Assembly: GCA_027306505.1 (NCBI GenBank)
Contig: DAHUZP010000072.1
Location: 3,388-67,387, forward strand
Length of the DNA stretch: 64,000 bases
Source of the DNA: Thermoplasmata archaeon
Lineage (GTDB): Archaea; Thermoplasmatota; Thermoplasmata; Lutacidiplasmatales; UBA184
Direction: 5' to 3'
A program made the translations under genes and the position numbers. The stretch's first letter is position 1, and each line of letters begins with the position of its first letter. Shown one piece after another: positions 20,635-31,349 of this stretch. A model generated the notes under the pieces. It ran no database searches, had not been told where the DNA came from, and saw only the letters and a list, made by a program, of their open reading frames with translations.

Positions 20635-21312
20635 ATGGCCTTCTCGGACGAACCGGACGAGGACGGCCGCAAGCGCCGCCGGGTCCGGGGAAGGTCGGAC
20701 CCCTCAGAGTCCCCGTGGCCACGGCAGGACCAGCCGCTCTCTTGGGCCATGCTGCCCCCGGAGCAGGGGTCGGAGGAGCCGCTCGAGGCGGAGGAGACTC
20801 CCTCCCCTTCGACCCACGCGACGAGGCCGACCCCCGCTCCCTCGGAGGGCGCCGCCGAGGACTGGAGGTCGCGCTATCAGTACCTGCTGGCCGAGTTCGA
20901 CAACTATCGCCGCCGGGTCCAACGTGACACCGACGCTGCCGTGAGCAGCGCCCGGGGGAACGTGCTCCTCAAGGTCATCGGGCTGCACGAGGGGATCGAG
21001 CACGCGTTGGAGGCGCTGCCCTCCGACGCGAAGGCGCTGAGGGACGGGCTCTCCTTGGTCCTGCGCAACATGGACACGTTGCTCCGGGACGAGGGCGTCG
21101 AACCGGTCGCCTCGGAGGGGGCCCGCTTCCAGCCGGACCTTCACGAGGCCGTCGGCCAGGCCCCTTCCGGCCCGAGGGCCCCGGAAGGGACCGTCGCCAC
21201 GGTGGTCCAGCAGGGCTACCGGGGTCGCTCCGGTCTGCTGCGCCCGGCGAAGGTCCTCGTCGCCTCCGGTCCACCTCCCCCCCCGTCGAAGGGGGAGAAA
21301 GGCGTGGCCTGA
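20635..21312 (+). CDS. grpE: Nucleotide exchange factor GrpE
   Basis: LLAEFDNYRRR, FQPDLHEAV and VVQQGY...LLRPAKVLVA. Confidence 0.9.
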   Translation: MAFSDEPDEDGRKRRRVRGRSDPSESPWPRQDQPLSWAMLPPEQGSEEPLEAEETPSPSTHATRPTPAPSEGAAEDWRSRYQYLLAEFDNYRRRVQRDTDAAVSSARGNVLLKVIGLHEGIEHALEALPSDAKALRDGLSLVLRNMDTLLRDEGVEPVASEGARFQPDLHEAVGQAPSGPRAPEGTVATVVQQGYRGRSGLLRPAKVLVASGPPPPPSKGEKGVA

Positions 21313-21372
21313 GCGTCCCCCTCCCCCGGAATAGCTTCATCTTCTCTCGCGCCGGAGCCCCGGACGAGCACC

Positions 21373-22686
21373 ATGGCCGAGCGTTCGAGCGAGCTGAGCG
21401 GGTTCTACCGGAAGAGCGCTGAGGACCGGCGCCGGGCAGTGCTGGAGTTCGCCGGGATCGAGCCGGAGGCCGAAAAGCCGTGGCTCCCCCCGGAAGGGGT
21501 CGACCGGGGAATCCTGGAGCGGATGATCGAGAACGTGATCGGGACCTTCCCGCTCCCCCTGGGGGTCGCGACGAACTTCCGGGTCAACGGCAAGGACTAC
21601 CTGGTCCCCATGGCCCTGGAGGAGCCGAGCGTGGTCGCCGCGGCGAGCCACGCTGCGAAGATCTCCCGGGAGAAGGGTGGGTTCCACGCGCAGTCGAGCC
21701 CTCCGGTGATGATCGGCCAGATCTCCCTGGTGGACGTCCCGGACCCGAGCGGCGCCCGGCTCCGGATCCTGGAGGCCGAGCCCGAGCTCCTCGCCCTCGC
21801 CAACTCGAAGGACCCGCTGCTCAACAAGGTGGGCGGAGGGGCCCGTGCCCTCGAGGTTCGGCTCGCTCCCACGCCCCGGGGCACGATCGTCATCGTCCAG
21901 CTCCACGTGGACGTGCGCGATGCGATGGGCGCGAACGCGGTCAACACCATGGCCGAGGCGCTCGCTCCTGAGCTCGCCCGACTCTCCGGCGGACGGCGCA
22001 ACCTGCGGATCATCTCCAACCTGGCCGTGCACCGAGTCGCCCGGGTCTGGGCCATCTTCCCACGAACCGCGCTCGAGGGTGAGGGCACCAGCGGGGCGGA
22101 CGTGGTGGAGGGGGTCCTGGACGCCTGGAACTTCGCGGCGCACGACCCGTTCCGTTGCGCGACCCACAACAAGGGGATCATGAACGGGATCTCCGCGGTC
22201 GCGATCGCGACGGGGAACGACTTCCGTGCGCTGGAGGCCGGGGCGCACTCCTACGCGGCGTGGAAGGCGGGACCCGGAGGCGTCATCGCCCCGCTCACCA
22301 CCTACGAGAAGAACGCGGAGGGCGACCTCGTCGGGACCATCGAGGTCCCCATGGCGGTCGGCCTCATCGGTGGGGCGACGGCGGTGCATCCCACCGCGAA
22401 GCTCAACGTCCGCCTGCTGGGCGTGAAGAGCGCCCAGGAGCTCGCCCAGGTCATGGCCTCGGTCGGGCTCGCCCAGAACTTCGCCGCCCTCCGGGCCCTC
22501 GCCAACGAGGGCATCCAGAAGGGGCACATGGCGCTCCACGCCCGCAACGTCGCCGTGATGGCGGGGGCCCAGGGCGCGGAGGTCGACGAGCTCGCTCGGC
22601 GCCTCGCGCAGGAGCACGCGGTCCGTCAGGACCGGGCGCGCGAGGTCCTGGCCGACATGCGCAAGACCTCCCCCTCGAAGACATGA
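21373..22686 (+). CDS. mvaA: Hydroxymethylglutaryl-CoA reductase, class II (bacterial type)
   Basis: MIENVIG, EEPSVVAAAS, DAMGANAVN, THNKGIMNG and GIQKGHM. Confidence 0.93.
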   Translation: MAERSSELSGFYRKSAEDRRRAVLEFAGIEPEAEKPWLPPEGVDRGILERMIENVIGTFPLPLGVATNFRVNGKDYLVPMALEEPSVVAAASHAAKISREKGGFHAQSSPPVMIGQISLVDVPDPSGARLRILEAEPELLALANSKDPLLNKVGGGARALEVRLAPTPRGTIVIVQLHVDVRDAMGANAVNTMAEALAPELARLSGGRRNLRIISNLAVHRVARVWAIFPRTALEGEGTSGADVVEGVLDAWNFAAHDPFRCATHNKGIMNGISAVAIATGNDFRALEAGAHSYAAWKAGPGGVIAPLTTYEKNAEGDLVGTIEVPMAVGLIGGATAVHPTAKLNVRLLGVKSAQELAQVMASVGLAQNFAALRALANEGIQKGHMALHARNVAVMAGAQGAEVDELARRLAQEHAVRQDRAREVLADMRKTSPSKT

Positions 22687-23297
22687 CCGAGGGGCCCCGC
22701 TCGGGGCTGCTCGGGGTGCTGGCGCTGCAAGGCGATGTCCCCGAGCACGCAGAGGCCGCCCGCGGTCTTCTCGGACCGGACCGGGTGCTGGAGGTCCGCT
22801 CCCCCCAGGACCTCGCCAGGGTCGCTGCGATCGTCCTCCCCGGAGGGGAGAGCACGACCCTTTCCCTCCTGCTCGACCGCTCCGGGCTGCGCGACCCGCT
22901 CACCGAGAGGGTACGAGCGGGGCTCCCGGTGCTCGCGACGTGCGCGGGGCTCATCCTCCTCGCCCGGGAGCTGGAGCCCGGGACGAGGGGGCGCGAGCCG
23001 AAGACCCTTGGGGTGATGGACGTCAAGGTCCGTCGGAACGACTACGGCCGCCAGGCCGACTCCTTCGAAACGACGCTCGAGGTCCAGGGGATCGGGAAGG
23101 ACGTCCCCGCGGCGTTCATCCGTGCCCCGCGGATCCTGGGGGTCGGCCCGGGCGTCCGGGTGCTCGCGAAGGTGGGAGAGGACCCCGTCCTCGTGCGTGA
23201 GGGGCGGCTCTGGGGGCTCACCTTCCATCCGGAGGTCACAGGCGACCCAAGGCTGCTCCGGGCCTTCCTGGTGGACGCGGGGCTGCTCCCGGGCTGA
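22683..23297 (+). CDS. pdxT: Pyridoxal 5'-phosphate synthase glutaminase subunit
   Basis: GVLALQGDVPEH, LPGGEST, ATCAGLILL, RNDYGRQADSF, FIRAP and FHPE. ATGA overlap with the upstream stop. Confidence 0.93.
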   Translation: MTEGPRSGLLGVLALQGDVPEHAEAARGLLGPDRVLEVRSPQDLARVAAIVLPGGESTTLSLLLDRSGLRDPLTERVRAGLPVLATCAGLILLARELEPGTRGREPKTLGVMDVKVRRNDYGRQADSFETTLEVQGIGKDVPAAFIRAPRILGVGPGVRVLAKVGEDPVLVREGRLWGLTFHPEVTGDPRLLRAFLVDAGLLPG

Positions 23298-23359
23298 AGG
23301 GCCAACCCTCGCGCAGCCGTTGGGTCGTCCTCCTCCCCTGGAGCGGCGGGACCTGCCGC

Positions 23360-25963
23360 TCAGACCGAGGGGATCGTCACGGGTTCGAGCGTCCAGGTGC
23401 TCTTTCCGAACAGGCCGTAGAGCAGCAGGATCCCGAGCAGGGTCACCGGTAGGAAGGCCAGGGTCAGCACGTCCGGCGCCGCCGGAAGAACGGGCTGGAT
23501 GGCCCATCCCAGCAGCAGGCCCACGAACGGGTTCCAGACCAGGAGCCCGGTCCCCACGCGGGTGCGAAGGACGAGCCCGGGGTCGACGGGGGTCTCGGCG
23601 GAGCCGGTCGTCATCTGGGCGCGCACCCGCAGGACCGCCTCGGAGAGCTGCCAGTGTTGGATCGCCCGGAAGAGGACCACGCTCAGCAAGGCGACGAGCA
23701 GCAGGAACGCTCCTGCACCGAGCTGGACGGTCGAGCCAGGACCCCCATACGCGGAGGCGGAGGACCGGTCCATGACCCCGGAGAGCGAGAAGAGGAGCAG
23801 GATGACAAGGACGAACCCGGTGACCCAGCTGAGATAGGCGAAGAACGCGGCCCATCGCACATGGTCCTGCGTGAGGACGTCGGTCTGAGGGTCCTCCTGG
23901 AAGAGCCGACCGGGGGACACCCCGTACACTCGCTGCAACGTTCGGCGGACCTGGGCGTGGAAGGGCAGGACGAGGATCCCGCCCAGGATCCCCCCGAGCA
24001 CGGCGAGCCACGGTGCGATGCCGAAGTCGCCAGAGGAGTTGGGGATGAGCAGCATGAGGGCGAGAGGTACCCACGCCAGGACCCAGATCTGCATCCCGCG
24101 GCGGTAGGTGCCGAGGACCCGATAGGGCTCGGTGCTGGAGCTGGGACCGCTGGAAGCATCCTCGGCCGTTGGAGGGCGCGAGGAGGCGAGACGACGTCGG
24201 GCCCGCCGGGCGGCCCCCATCCAAGCGAGCCCGGCGACCACGATGAGCCCCGAGAACGCGCTCACCAACGCGGAGGAGAGCGATGAGCCTTCGTTGAAAG
24301 CGTAGGCCGCGAGACCTTGCTGCGCCGCGCAGCCCTCGATGCAGACGGAGGTGCCTACGGCGGCACCGGAAGTGCCGCCCGCTGAAGCCATGGCACCCAC
24401 GGGACAGACGTCGTAGCAGGTGGGCGTCCCCGCCGCCCCGACCGCGATCCAGTATCCTCCCCCATCGAGGAGCGCCACGATCGGGAACTGTTCAGAAGAA
24501 GGGACCAGCAGTGAGGCCAGAGGGACGTGACAGGTCTGGGAGACCTGGTCGTTCACGAGCCCCAGCTGCCAGCAATCGACCCCGTCCCCTTGAGGCAAGG
24601 TGGCCGCGATCTCGAACTCCGTGCTGCTGAGCGGCACCACCGAGATGAGGCGGGGGAGCTGCCCGGTGCCTCCACCGTCCTGCTGCAATTGGAAGAAGGG
24701 GATCGCGGCCAGGGAGCCGAGGGAGGTCCCCTGGATGGGGATGAGATAGGTCGGGGTCACGAGGAGGGCCGGGGTATCCGGGTCACCCTGCAGGGTCCAG
24801 CTGCTTGGTGCGGGGAGCAGCATGGGGGAGGTGGAGAAGCCCGAACCGGAGCCCTGCGCGTCCAACCACAGACCCAGCGAGGCCGCGGGAGCGCCCGTCG
24901 GCTGCTCGAGGAAGGCGACCACGATGCCCGAGCCCTCGGGGGCCATCTGGAGGCTCTCGTCGGACATGAGCGAGGCCCTGCCCAACGTGAGGTTCTGCCA
25001 GACCGTCCATGAGGCCCCTGCGTCCGTGCTCGCGACCGAGCTCACCTCCCCCTGGGCGGCGCCGCAAGCTCCGACCGGTTGATGGATCCAGGCGATCGCG
25101 GCCTGGGTCCCCTCGATCCCCGCCTGGAGCGAGGTGATCACCTCGCCCGGGAGGTAGACCGCTCTCGAGTTCCAGCTGAGGCCCCCATCGTGGCTCGAAG
25201 CGAGGAGGAGCGTCGAGTTCTGGTTGCAGCCCGTGGGGCCGCCGGGATAGTACCCCGTCCCTCCGGGGCTGGAAAGCCCGGAAGCGGCCGTGAGCACCAG
25301 GTTGGAGCCGTCCGCCGCGACCACGGCGAGGTCCCAAGGAGCACCGCCGGAGACCGCGTAGAGCGGGACCAGTGAAGGGCTCCACGAGAGGCCCCGGTCG
25401 GTGCTCTTCTCCAGGAGGATCGAACCTCCGTTCGACGAAGCCGCGAAGAGGGTGTGGCCGGCCTCGGTCAGCGCGAAGAAGCTCCCTGAGGGGGCGAGCA
25501 TGGTCATTTGGTACTCCGGGCCCGCGTTCCCCGCGAGCGCGACCGAGAGCCCGAGCAGCAAGAGGAGAGCCCCGGCGGCGCGGCCTCGACCCTGCCCCCG
25601 GGAAGTGTCCAGGTGGAAGCGACGATAGCGGCGCAACGCTCCCGCAGGGACGGGACGGGCCTTTCGCGGCCCGGGCGGAGCAGCGTAGGGAGGGGGGCGA
25701 GCGGGCCGACCCAGCGAAAGGAGGGGGTCCGAGAGGGCGGTGAGAGGCCCTGGAGCGGCCCCGAGCGCCCCTCCAACCCCGCCCACGTGGGGCGGTGGAG
25801 GGGGCGCTCCGTCGCCCGAACCTCCCCGGTTCCCTGGTGAGGGGGCGTTCGATGGGGCGCTTCGATCGTCCACCCGGCCGGCCCACATGGGCCCTGCCGT
25901 CGGTCCAGACCGCGTGACCGGTGGGACCTCACCTCTCGCTGCGTCTTCTTCAGATCCGGTCAT
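23360..25963 (-). CDS. Membrane protein with extracellular BNR/Asp-box (sialidase-like) domain and C-terminal multi-TM domain
   Basis: Asp-boxes STDRGLSW, SHDGGLSW and STDAGASW. One N-proximal TM and about 7 C-terminal hydrophobic segments. Start uncertain. Confidence 0.65.
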   Translation of the reverse strand: MTGSEEDAARGEVPPVTRSGPTAGPMWAGRVDDRSAPSNAPSPGNRGGSGDGAPPPPPHVGGVGGALGAAPGPLTALSDPLLSLGRPARPPPYAAPPGPRKARPVPAGALRRYRRFHLDTSRGQGRGRAAGALLLLLGLSVALAGNAGPEYQMTMLAPSGSFFALTEAGHTLFAASSNGGSILLEKSTDRGLSWSPSLVPLYAVSGGAPWDLAVVAADGSNLVLTAASGLSSPGGTGYYPGGPTGCNQNSTLLLASSHDGGLSWNSRAVYLPGEVITSLQAGIEGTQAAIAWIHQPVGACGAAQGEVSSVASTDAGASWTVWQNLTLGRASLMSDESLQMAPEGSGIVVAFLEQPTGAPAASLGLWLDAQGSGSGFSTSPMLLPAPSSWTLQGDPDTPALLVTPTYLIPIQGTSLGSLAAIPFFQLQQDGGGTGQLPRLISVVPLSSTEFEIAATLPQGDGVDCWQLGLVNDQVSQTCHVPLASLLVPSSEQFPIVALLDGGGYWIAVGAAGTPTCYDVCPVGAMASAGGTSGAAVGTSVCIEGCAAQQGLAAYAFNEGSSLSSALVSAFSGLIVVAGLAWMGAARRARRRLASSRPPTAEDASSGPSSSTEPYRVLGTYRRGMQIWVLAWVPLALMLLIPNSSGDFGIAPWLAVLGGILGGILVLPFHAQVRRTLQRVYGVSPGRLFQEDPQTDVLTQDHVRWAAFFAYLSWVTGFVLVILLLFSLSGVMDRSSASAYGGPGSTVQLGAGAFLLLVALLSVVLFRAIQHWQLSEAVLRVRAQMTTGSAETPVDPGLVLRTRVGTGLLVWNPFVGLLLGWAIQPVLPAAPDVLTLAFLPVTLLGILLLYGLFGKSTWTLEPVTIPSV

Positions 25964-26020
25964 GGTGCTCCGTTCCGTGGTCCTCTGGGTCGAGCGGTGC
26001 TCCTCGGTCGCTTGGTCCTC

Positions 26021-26446
26021 TCACAGCATGTGCGAAAGCGGGTCCTCTTCCCCCTCGGGACCTGCGGGGGGCGTGGGACGAGGCAGGGGAGGGATGGAGG
26101 GAGGCGGGCCCGAGAGCTCTCCACCTCGGGACCCGAGCGATCCGCGCCGGGAGAGGAGGGTCAGAGAGCCCACGAGCCAGAGGAGGAAGAAGAGTCCAGC
26201 GCCGCCGAACGCGAAGAGGAGCCCGCCGGAGGCGCCGATCCCCGCGGAGGCGCTTGAAACCTGGGCGCCACCACTGCCTCCACCGCCCGTGCAGTTCACC
26301 TGGCACGAGGAGGAGCTGGAGCCTGACAGCTCCTGGAGGCTGGCCAGGCCGAGCAACCCCACGAACAGGAAGAGCAGGCAGAGGAGGCCAGCGATCCAGA
26401 CCGCGGCCCGCCACCGCGTCTTCTCTGGGTCCCGACCGCGCGACAT
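26021..26446 (-). CDS. Small two-TM membrane protein
   Basis: Two hydrophobic helices flank a Ser/Gly loop containing CQVNC, followed by a Pro-rich tail. Confidence 0.6.
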   Translation of the reverse strand: MSRGRDPEKTRWRAAVWIAGLLCLLFLFVGLLGLASLQELSGSSSSSCQVNCTGGGGSGGAQVSSASAGIGASGGLLFAFGGAGLFFLLWLVGSLTLLSRRGSLGSRGGELSGPPPSIPPLPRPTPPAGPEGEEDPLSHML

Positions 26447-26558
26447 TCGCCCTCGTCCATCTATCGATCGGGCGGCTCTTCAACGAGATTACAAGTAAGG
26501 GGGAACGTGTTGTACACCATGCTAGAGCTTCGCCGCCCTGCGGCCCCAACCTCGAGAC

Positions 26559-27635
26559 ATGCGTGAACTGACCGACGCCGAGTATCGGACCCTCCTGGCC
26601 GTGCTCTCCTATCCGGAGGAGACCGAGCAGTCCCGCCTCCGTCGCTCCGGGCTCCCGAGCTCGACGTACCATGTGGCGAAGCGGCGGCTCTACGAGCTCG
26701 GCTGGGCGTCGGACCGATGGGTCCCTCAACCGGGCCCGCTCGGGCTCCGCGGCGTGGAGATCACGCTCTCGAGACCGTTCTCGGGGGACCGCGGGCCGCT
26801 CGAAGCGAGGCTACAGGAGGATGCGACCTGCGTCCTGCTCTGGTCGGGCGTTCACTGCGTGCTCTCCGTGCGGTTCCTTCGCTCCGAGGGGGCCCCCACC
26901 GGGAAGCGCGCGGTTCGCCCCATGCCCGCAGAGCTCGCACGGCTCGAGGTCCTTCGCGAGGACCCGACGGCCATGCTCCCCGTCTACTTCGACTTCGCCG
27001 GCCTCTGGGCGCACTTCGGGGCGGAAGCTCCTCCCGAGGGCTATCCCCGCGGTCTCGATCTGCGGTCCCCGGCGGTGTCCGCCCAGGAACGGCACGCCGC
27101 GCTCCAGGCCTTGCTCCGGGGCAACGAGCCGGAGGCCCATTGGACCGCCCACCGATGGACGAGCCTGCTGCGGCTGCCACGAAGCCAGCGTCGCGCGGTC
27201 CAGCGGGGAACGATCTCGGCCTGGACCTTCCCGCAGTTGTCCGAGATACCGCCGATGGAAGGACGACGTATCGGCGAGGTCATCTTCGTGGTGGGCAGCA
27301 CCCACAAGGGAGGTCCCACCGACCTCCTCAATGCGCTCACGAAGGAATGCGGCGTGTTCCCGTTCCTCTTCGTCTCGGCCGGTGGACGGACCCTCGTGGG
27401 GGGGGTCGGACAGACGAGCGGGAGGTCTCCCGGACGTGTGACCCTCCGGTCCGCGCGCCGTCCCGTCCTGGGGGTGGTCCATCAACATCTGGAACAGGTG
27501 GAGATCCTCATCGAACCGGTCGAATCCTTGCGGGCGATCGTGCCGCATCGGTACGGGAGGTCCGTGGAGGACCTCTCGGAGGTCGGGAAAAGGCCGATGG
27601 CAGCCTCCACCCCCCGCGGCCTGGCGGAGAGCTGA
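26559..27635 (+). CDS. Putative helix-turn-helix transcriptional regulator
   Basis: N-terminal RLRRSGLPSSTYHVAKRRLYELGW is wHTH-like. Divergently oriented from the membrane protein genes. Confidence 0.55.
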   Translation: MRELTDAEYRTLLAVLSYPEETEQSRLRRSGLPSSTYHVAKRRLYELGWASDRWVPQPGPLGLRGVEITLSRPFSGDRGPLEARLQEDATCVLLWSGVHCVLSVRFLRSEGAPTGKRAVRPMPAELARLEVLREDPTAMLPVYFDFAGLWAHFGAEAPPEGYPRGLDLRSPAVSAQERHAALQALLRGNEPEAHWTAHRWTSLLRLPRSQRRAVQRGTISAWTFPQLSEIPPMEGRRIGEVIFVVGSTHKGGPTDLLNALTKECGVFPFLFVSAGGRTLVGGVGQTSGRSPGRVTLRSARRPVLGVVHQHLEQVEILIEPVESLRAIVPHRYGRSVEDLSEVGKRPMAASTPRGLAES

Positions 27636-27884
27636 ACCGGCCCGCCGGTACCTGCCAGGACCGACGATCGTCCACCTTGGACGGGCGGTTCGCTGCGCGA
27701 TAGCGCTGGGGCAGGGGCCTGGAGCGAAGACCCGGGGGTCCAACGAACCATGCTCCCCAGGCGGACGGGTGCGATGCGGTCGAAGGGGAGCCCTCCGCCG
27801 GCTCGTCCCTTGACCGCCCGCGAACCAGCCTTTCAGGGGGCAACGCATCCATATACCGGGGAGGACTGGATGATTGGGCTTCGC

Positions 27885-30800
27885 ATGCCGGACCTCACCA
27901 CGGTACCCGGTGCACCTTCGACCATCGCCGAACGCATCGAGGGACCCTCCTCGAGATCTCGACCGCGAGGATGGAGGATGGCGACGCTTGTCGGAGCGCT
28001 CTTCCTGACCTCCCTCATGCTCGCCGGCATCCCGGGGGCCCAAGCGGCCTCGACCGGCACCCATGCGGCCGCGTTCGCGACCGTCCCGATACCGGGCGGC
28101 CTCTCCGTCCTGGTGAGCTCTCGGGGGCCCCTTCCCGCCGGAGCGACCTTCGGCTCGCCGCTCACCGCGAGCCAGAGCTTCTCCTTCAACATCGAGATCA
28201 ACATCCCCACGACCCCCGCGGAGCAGGCCTACCAGGCGGGGCTTCTCACCCCCGGATCGCCCAACTATCACCAGTACACCCCTCGCGGCTTCGCCTTCGT
28301 GAACGCGTGGGGACCCACCCCGAACACGGTGCAGGCGCTCTCGGCCTACTTCGGGTCCTACGGCCTGCACGTGACCAAGCTGGACCAGCTCGGACTGCTC
28401 TACAGCGTGAGCGGCTCCGTCGCCCAGGTCGACGCCGCCCTTCACACCACCCTGTATCAGGTCCGGTCGGGAACGACCCTCGGCTTCGCTCCGGCCTCCG
28501 ATCCCGCGCTCCCGTCGAGCCTCGCCCCCTGGGTGGGCGCCTTCCACAACCTCAACAGCTTCACCGAGCCGCACCCGATGTTCTCCTTCGCGCCGGCGCG
28601 GACCTCGACCGCCCTCAGCGCGACCAACTTGCAGGATGCCTACAACGCGGCGGGCCTCATCAGCGGGGGCATCACGGGCACCAATGTCATCGGGCTCGCG
28701 GAGATGTGCGACCCGAGCCAGGCGAGCTCCACCTACAGCACGGACGCCAACCAGTTCGCGTCGGCCAACGGACTGCCTGCGGACACGATCACCCTGAGCG
28801 GCAGCGGCGCCAGCAGTTGCAGCACCGGCTCCTCAGGATGGGGGGTCGAGACCGACCTGGACATCCAGTCCTCCCACTCGATCGCCCCAGGTTCGAACCA
28901 GAACGTCTGCCTGGACAACACGGACCCCTCGGTGTGCGATTCCAGCTTCATCTCGAGCGGCATCGAGTTCGGCTCGAACAGCTGGGGGAGCTCCTCCAAC
29001 GGCTACGCGAGCATCTGGAACACGGCAGAAGCTTCCGGCGTGGACCTCCTCGCGTCTTCCGGTGACAGCTGTGCCGCGGTAAACTGGCCCGCGGCCGAGA
29101 CCTACGCGCTCGGAGTCGGAGGCACCTCGCTCACGGTGAGCGGGACGAGCTGGGGCTCCGAGACGGTCTGGTCCTGCTCGGGCGGATCCGGCACCGGGGG
29201 GGGATGTGACACCACGGACGCCTCCCCTCCCTACCAGGCGGGCATGACGGGCTACCCGGGAGCCTGCGCTTCGGGCAACCGCGGCGACCCGGACCTTGGT
29301 GCGGACGCGGACCCCAACACCGGGATCATGGTGTACGTGGGTAACCCCGCGAACTGCGGAGGCACGAGCCCCTGCCAGGTCGGCGGGACCTCCCTCGCCT
29401 GCCCGCTCTGGAGCGCCTCCTTGGACGTCATCTACCAGAAGTCCGGGTTCTCCGGGTTCGTCGGCGGGACGCTCTACTCGATCGCGAAGAGCTCGAGCTA
29501 CAACACCGACTTCCACGACATCACCTCAGGCAGCAACGGATACTCAGCGACCGTGGGATGGGACCCGGATACCGGGCTCGGCAGCCCGAACATCGCGAAC
29601 CTTGTGACGGGATTCGGCCCGCAGCCGCTCACCGCCGCCCTCAGCCCCGCCGCGAAGACCATCGAGGCCGGTCAGGTCGTGACCTTCACAGCGGCTCTCA
29701 CCGGCGGCACCTACCCGTACAGCTTCGCCTGGGAGCAGAACGGCACGACCATCGCCACGACCTCCAAGGCGATCTACAACTACACCCAGTTCCACTCGGC
29801 CCCCTCGCCCTACCAGATCTCGGTCAAGGTGACGGACTCGACGACCCCCACCGCCTTCACGGCGACCGCGGGACCCGCCGCGGTCACCGTGAACCCGGGG
29901 CCCTCGGTGGTCTTCAGCGCGACCCCCCTCACCGTGGACGGCGGTCAGACGATCGCCCTCAGCGCGACGGCGACCGGAGGCAGCGGTGGGTACACCTACG
30001 ATTGGACGCTCAACGGAAGCGGCTTCGCGACCTCCAGCACCTCCTCCGCAACGTGGACGGCCCCGAACCACACCTTCACCGGCACCATCGGGGTCCAGGT
30101 CTACGACTCGGTCGGTGGAAGCGCGGTGGGCTCCGCCCCGATCTCGGTCTTCGCGAAGCCGGGCGTGCTCTTCTCCGCCGCCCCGCTGGGGCCGATCGAT
30201 GTGCTCTCCCCGGTCACGTTGACCGCGACGGCGACGGGCGGTGACCCGCCGCTGACCTACACCTTCTTCGCGAACGGCACCCAGGTGCTCTACACCGGCT
30301 CGCAGTCGAGCTTCGCGTGGACCCCAGCGGGGCCGGGCTCGTACGTCCTATCGGCGGGCGTCAAGGACAGCCTGCTGTTCTCGGCGAGCTCCACGACCCA
30401 GACCATCCAGGTGAACCCGGACCCCCAGGTCACGATCGGGCTCCCTGCCTCCGGACAGGCGGACGTGGGACAGTACGTGCAGCTCCAGGCGAGGACCACG
30501 GGAGGCACCAGTTGTTGCTCCTTCGCGTGGACCGTGAACGGGGCCGTGGTGCCGGGGGCTAGCGCCTCGACCTACAAGTTCAAGGCGTCGACCGCGGGGG
30601 CCATCACCGTCTCCGTCCAGGTGGTCGATGGCGTGGGACGCTCGGCGACCTCCCCTCAGGCGAGCCTCACGATCAACCCCGCCCCGACGGTCGTGATCCA
30701 GGGGTCCACGAACGTGGTGAGCGGCCAGACGGACATGCTCACCGCGGCCGTGACTCCCGGGACCTTCCCCTTCAGCTACGCGTGGACCTTGGACGGCCAG

Positions 30801-31283
30801 GGAGTCGGCGGAACGCCCCATGCGGTCTACAACCTCACCTCCACGACCATCGGGCCGCACGTGATCCGCGTGACCGCGACGGACGCGGATGGGATGTCGG
30901 TGAGCGCATCGGAGACGATCAACGTGACCGCGGTCCCCGCGTGGTACGACACCCCCTTCATCCCCGGGACCTCCTCGGCCCTGGTCAGCTGGGGCATCCT
31001 GGGCGTCGTGTTGGTCGCCGTGATCGCGGCGGCCGCCGTGGCCTCCCACCGGCGGAAGAAGGCGCGCTCGCCACTGGCGTCGGGCCACGGAGGAGCCCCG
31101 GGCCAGGGGGTCCCTGGGGCCTGCACGAACTGCGGCGCTCCCCCGACCCCGGGTTCTCCCTTCTGCGGCCACTGCGGCGCCCCCTCGGGCAGCGCACCGG
31201 TCCCGACCTCGTGGGCCGGTCCTCCGCCGGGGTACGGCGGTGGCCCGCCGGGCGGCGGTTACCTTCCCCCGCCACCCCCGTAG
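27885..31283 (+). CDS. S53 (sedolisin/kumamolisin) serine-carboxyl protease with prodomain, PKD/Ig stalk, TM and zinc ribbon
   Basis: Prodomain PGSPNYHQY. Catalytic ETDLD, SSGDS and GGTSLACP. FHDITSGSNG...GWDPDTGLGSPN. C-terminal CTNC..CGHC. Start uncertain (27870, 27885 or 27978). Confidence 0.9.
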   Translation: MPDLTTVPGAPSTIAERIEGPSSRSRPRGWRMATLVGALFLTSLMLAGIPGAQAASTGTHAAAFATVPIPGGLSVLVSSRGPLPAGATFGSPLTASQSFSFNIEINIPTTPAEQAYQAGLLTPGSPNYHQYTPRGFAFVNAWGPTPNTVQALSAYFGSYGLHVTKLDQLGLLYSVSGSVAQVDAALHTTLYQVRSGTTLGFAPASDPALPSSLAPWVGAFHNLNSFTEPHPMFSFAPARTSTALSATNLQDAYNAAGLISGGITGTNVIGLAEMCDPSQASSTYSTDANQFASANGLPADTITLSGSGASSCSTGSSGWGVETDLDIQSSHSIAPGSNQNVCLDNTDPSVCDSSFISSGIEFGSNSWGSSSNGYASIWNTAEASGVDLLASSGDSCAAVNWPAAETYALGVGGTSLTVSGTSWGSETVWSCSGGSGTGGGCDTTDASPPYQAGMTGYPGACASGNRGDPDLGADADPNTGIMVYVGNPANCGGTSPCQVGGTSLACPLWSASLDVIYQKSGFSGFVGGTLYSIAKSSSYNTDFHDITSGSNGYSATVGWDPDTGLGSPNIANLVTGFGPQPLTAALSPAAKTIEAGQVVTFTAALTGGTYPYSFAWEQNGTTIATTSKAIYNYTQFHSAPSPYQISVKVTDSTTPTAFTATAGPAAVTVNPGPSVVFSATPLTVDGGQTIALSATATGGSGGYTYDWTLNGSGFATSSTSSATWTAPNHTFTGTIGVQVYDSVGGSAVGSAPISVFAKPGVLFSAAPLGPIDVLSPVTLTATATGGDPPLTYTFFANGTQVLYTGSQSSFAWTPAGPGSYVLSAGVKDSLLFSASSTTQTIQVNPDPQVTIGLPASGQADVGQYVQLQARTTGGTSCCSFAWTVNGAVVPGASASTYKFKASTAGAITVSVQVVDGVGRSATSPQASLTINPAPTVVIQGSTNVVSGQTDMLTAAVTPGTFPFSYAWTLDGQGVGGTPHAVYNLTSTTIGPHVIRVTATDADGMSVSASETINVTAVPAWYDTPFIPGTSSALVSWGILGVVLVAVIAAAAVASHRRKKARSPLASGHGGAPGQGVPGACTNCGAPPTPGSPFCGHCGAPSGSAPVPTSWAGPPPGYGGGPPGGGYLPPPPP

Positions 31284-31349
31284 CTCCGTGGGTGGGCCTC
31301 CGTCCGACGACGACGGGCGCCGCGGAGCGCTGCCCTCCCCCGCCGAGCC

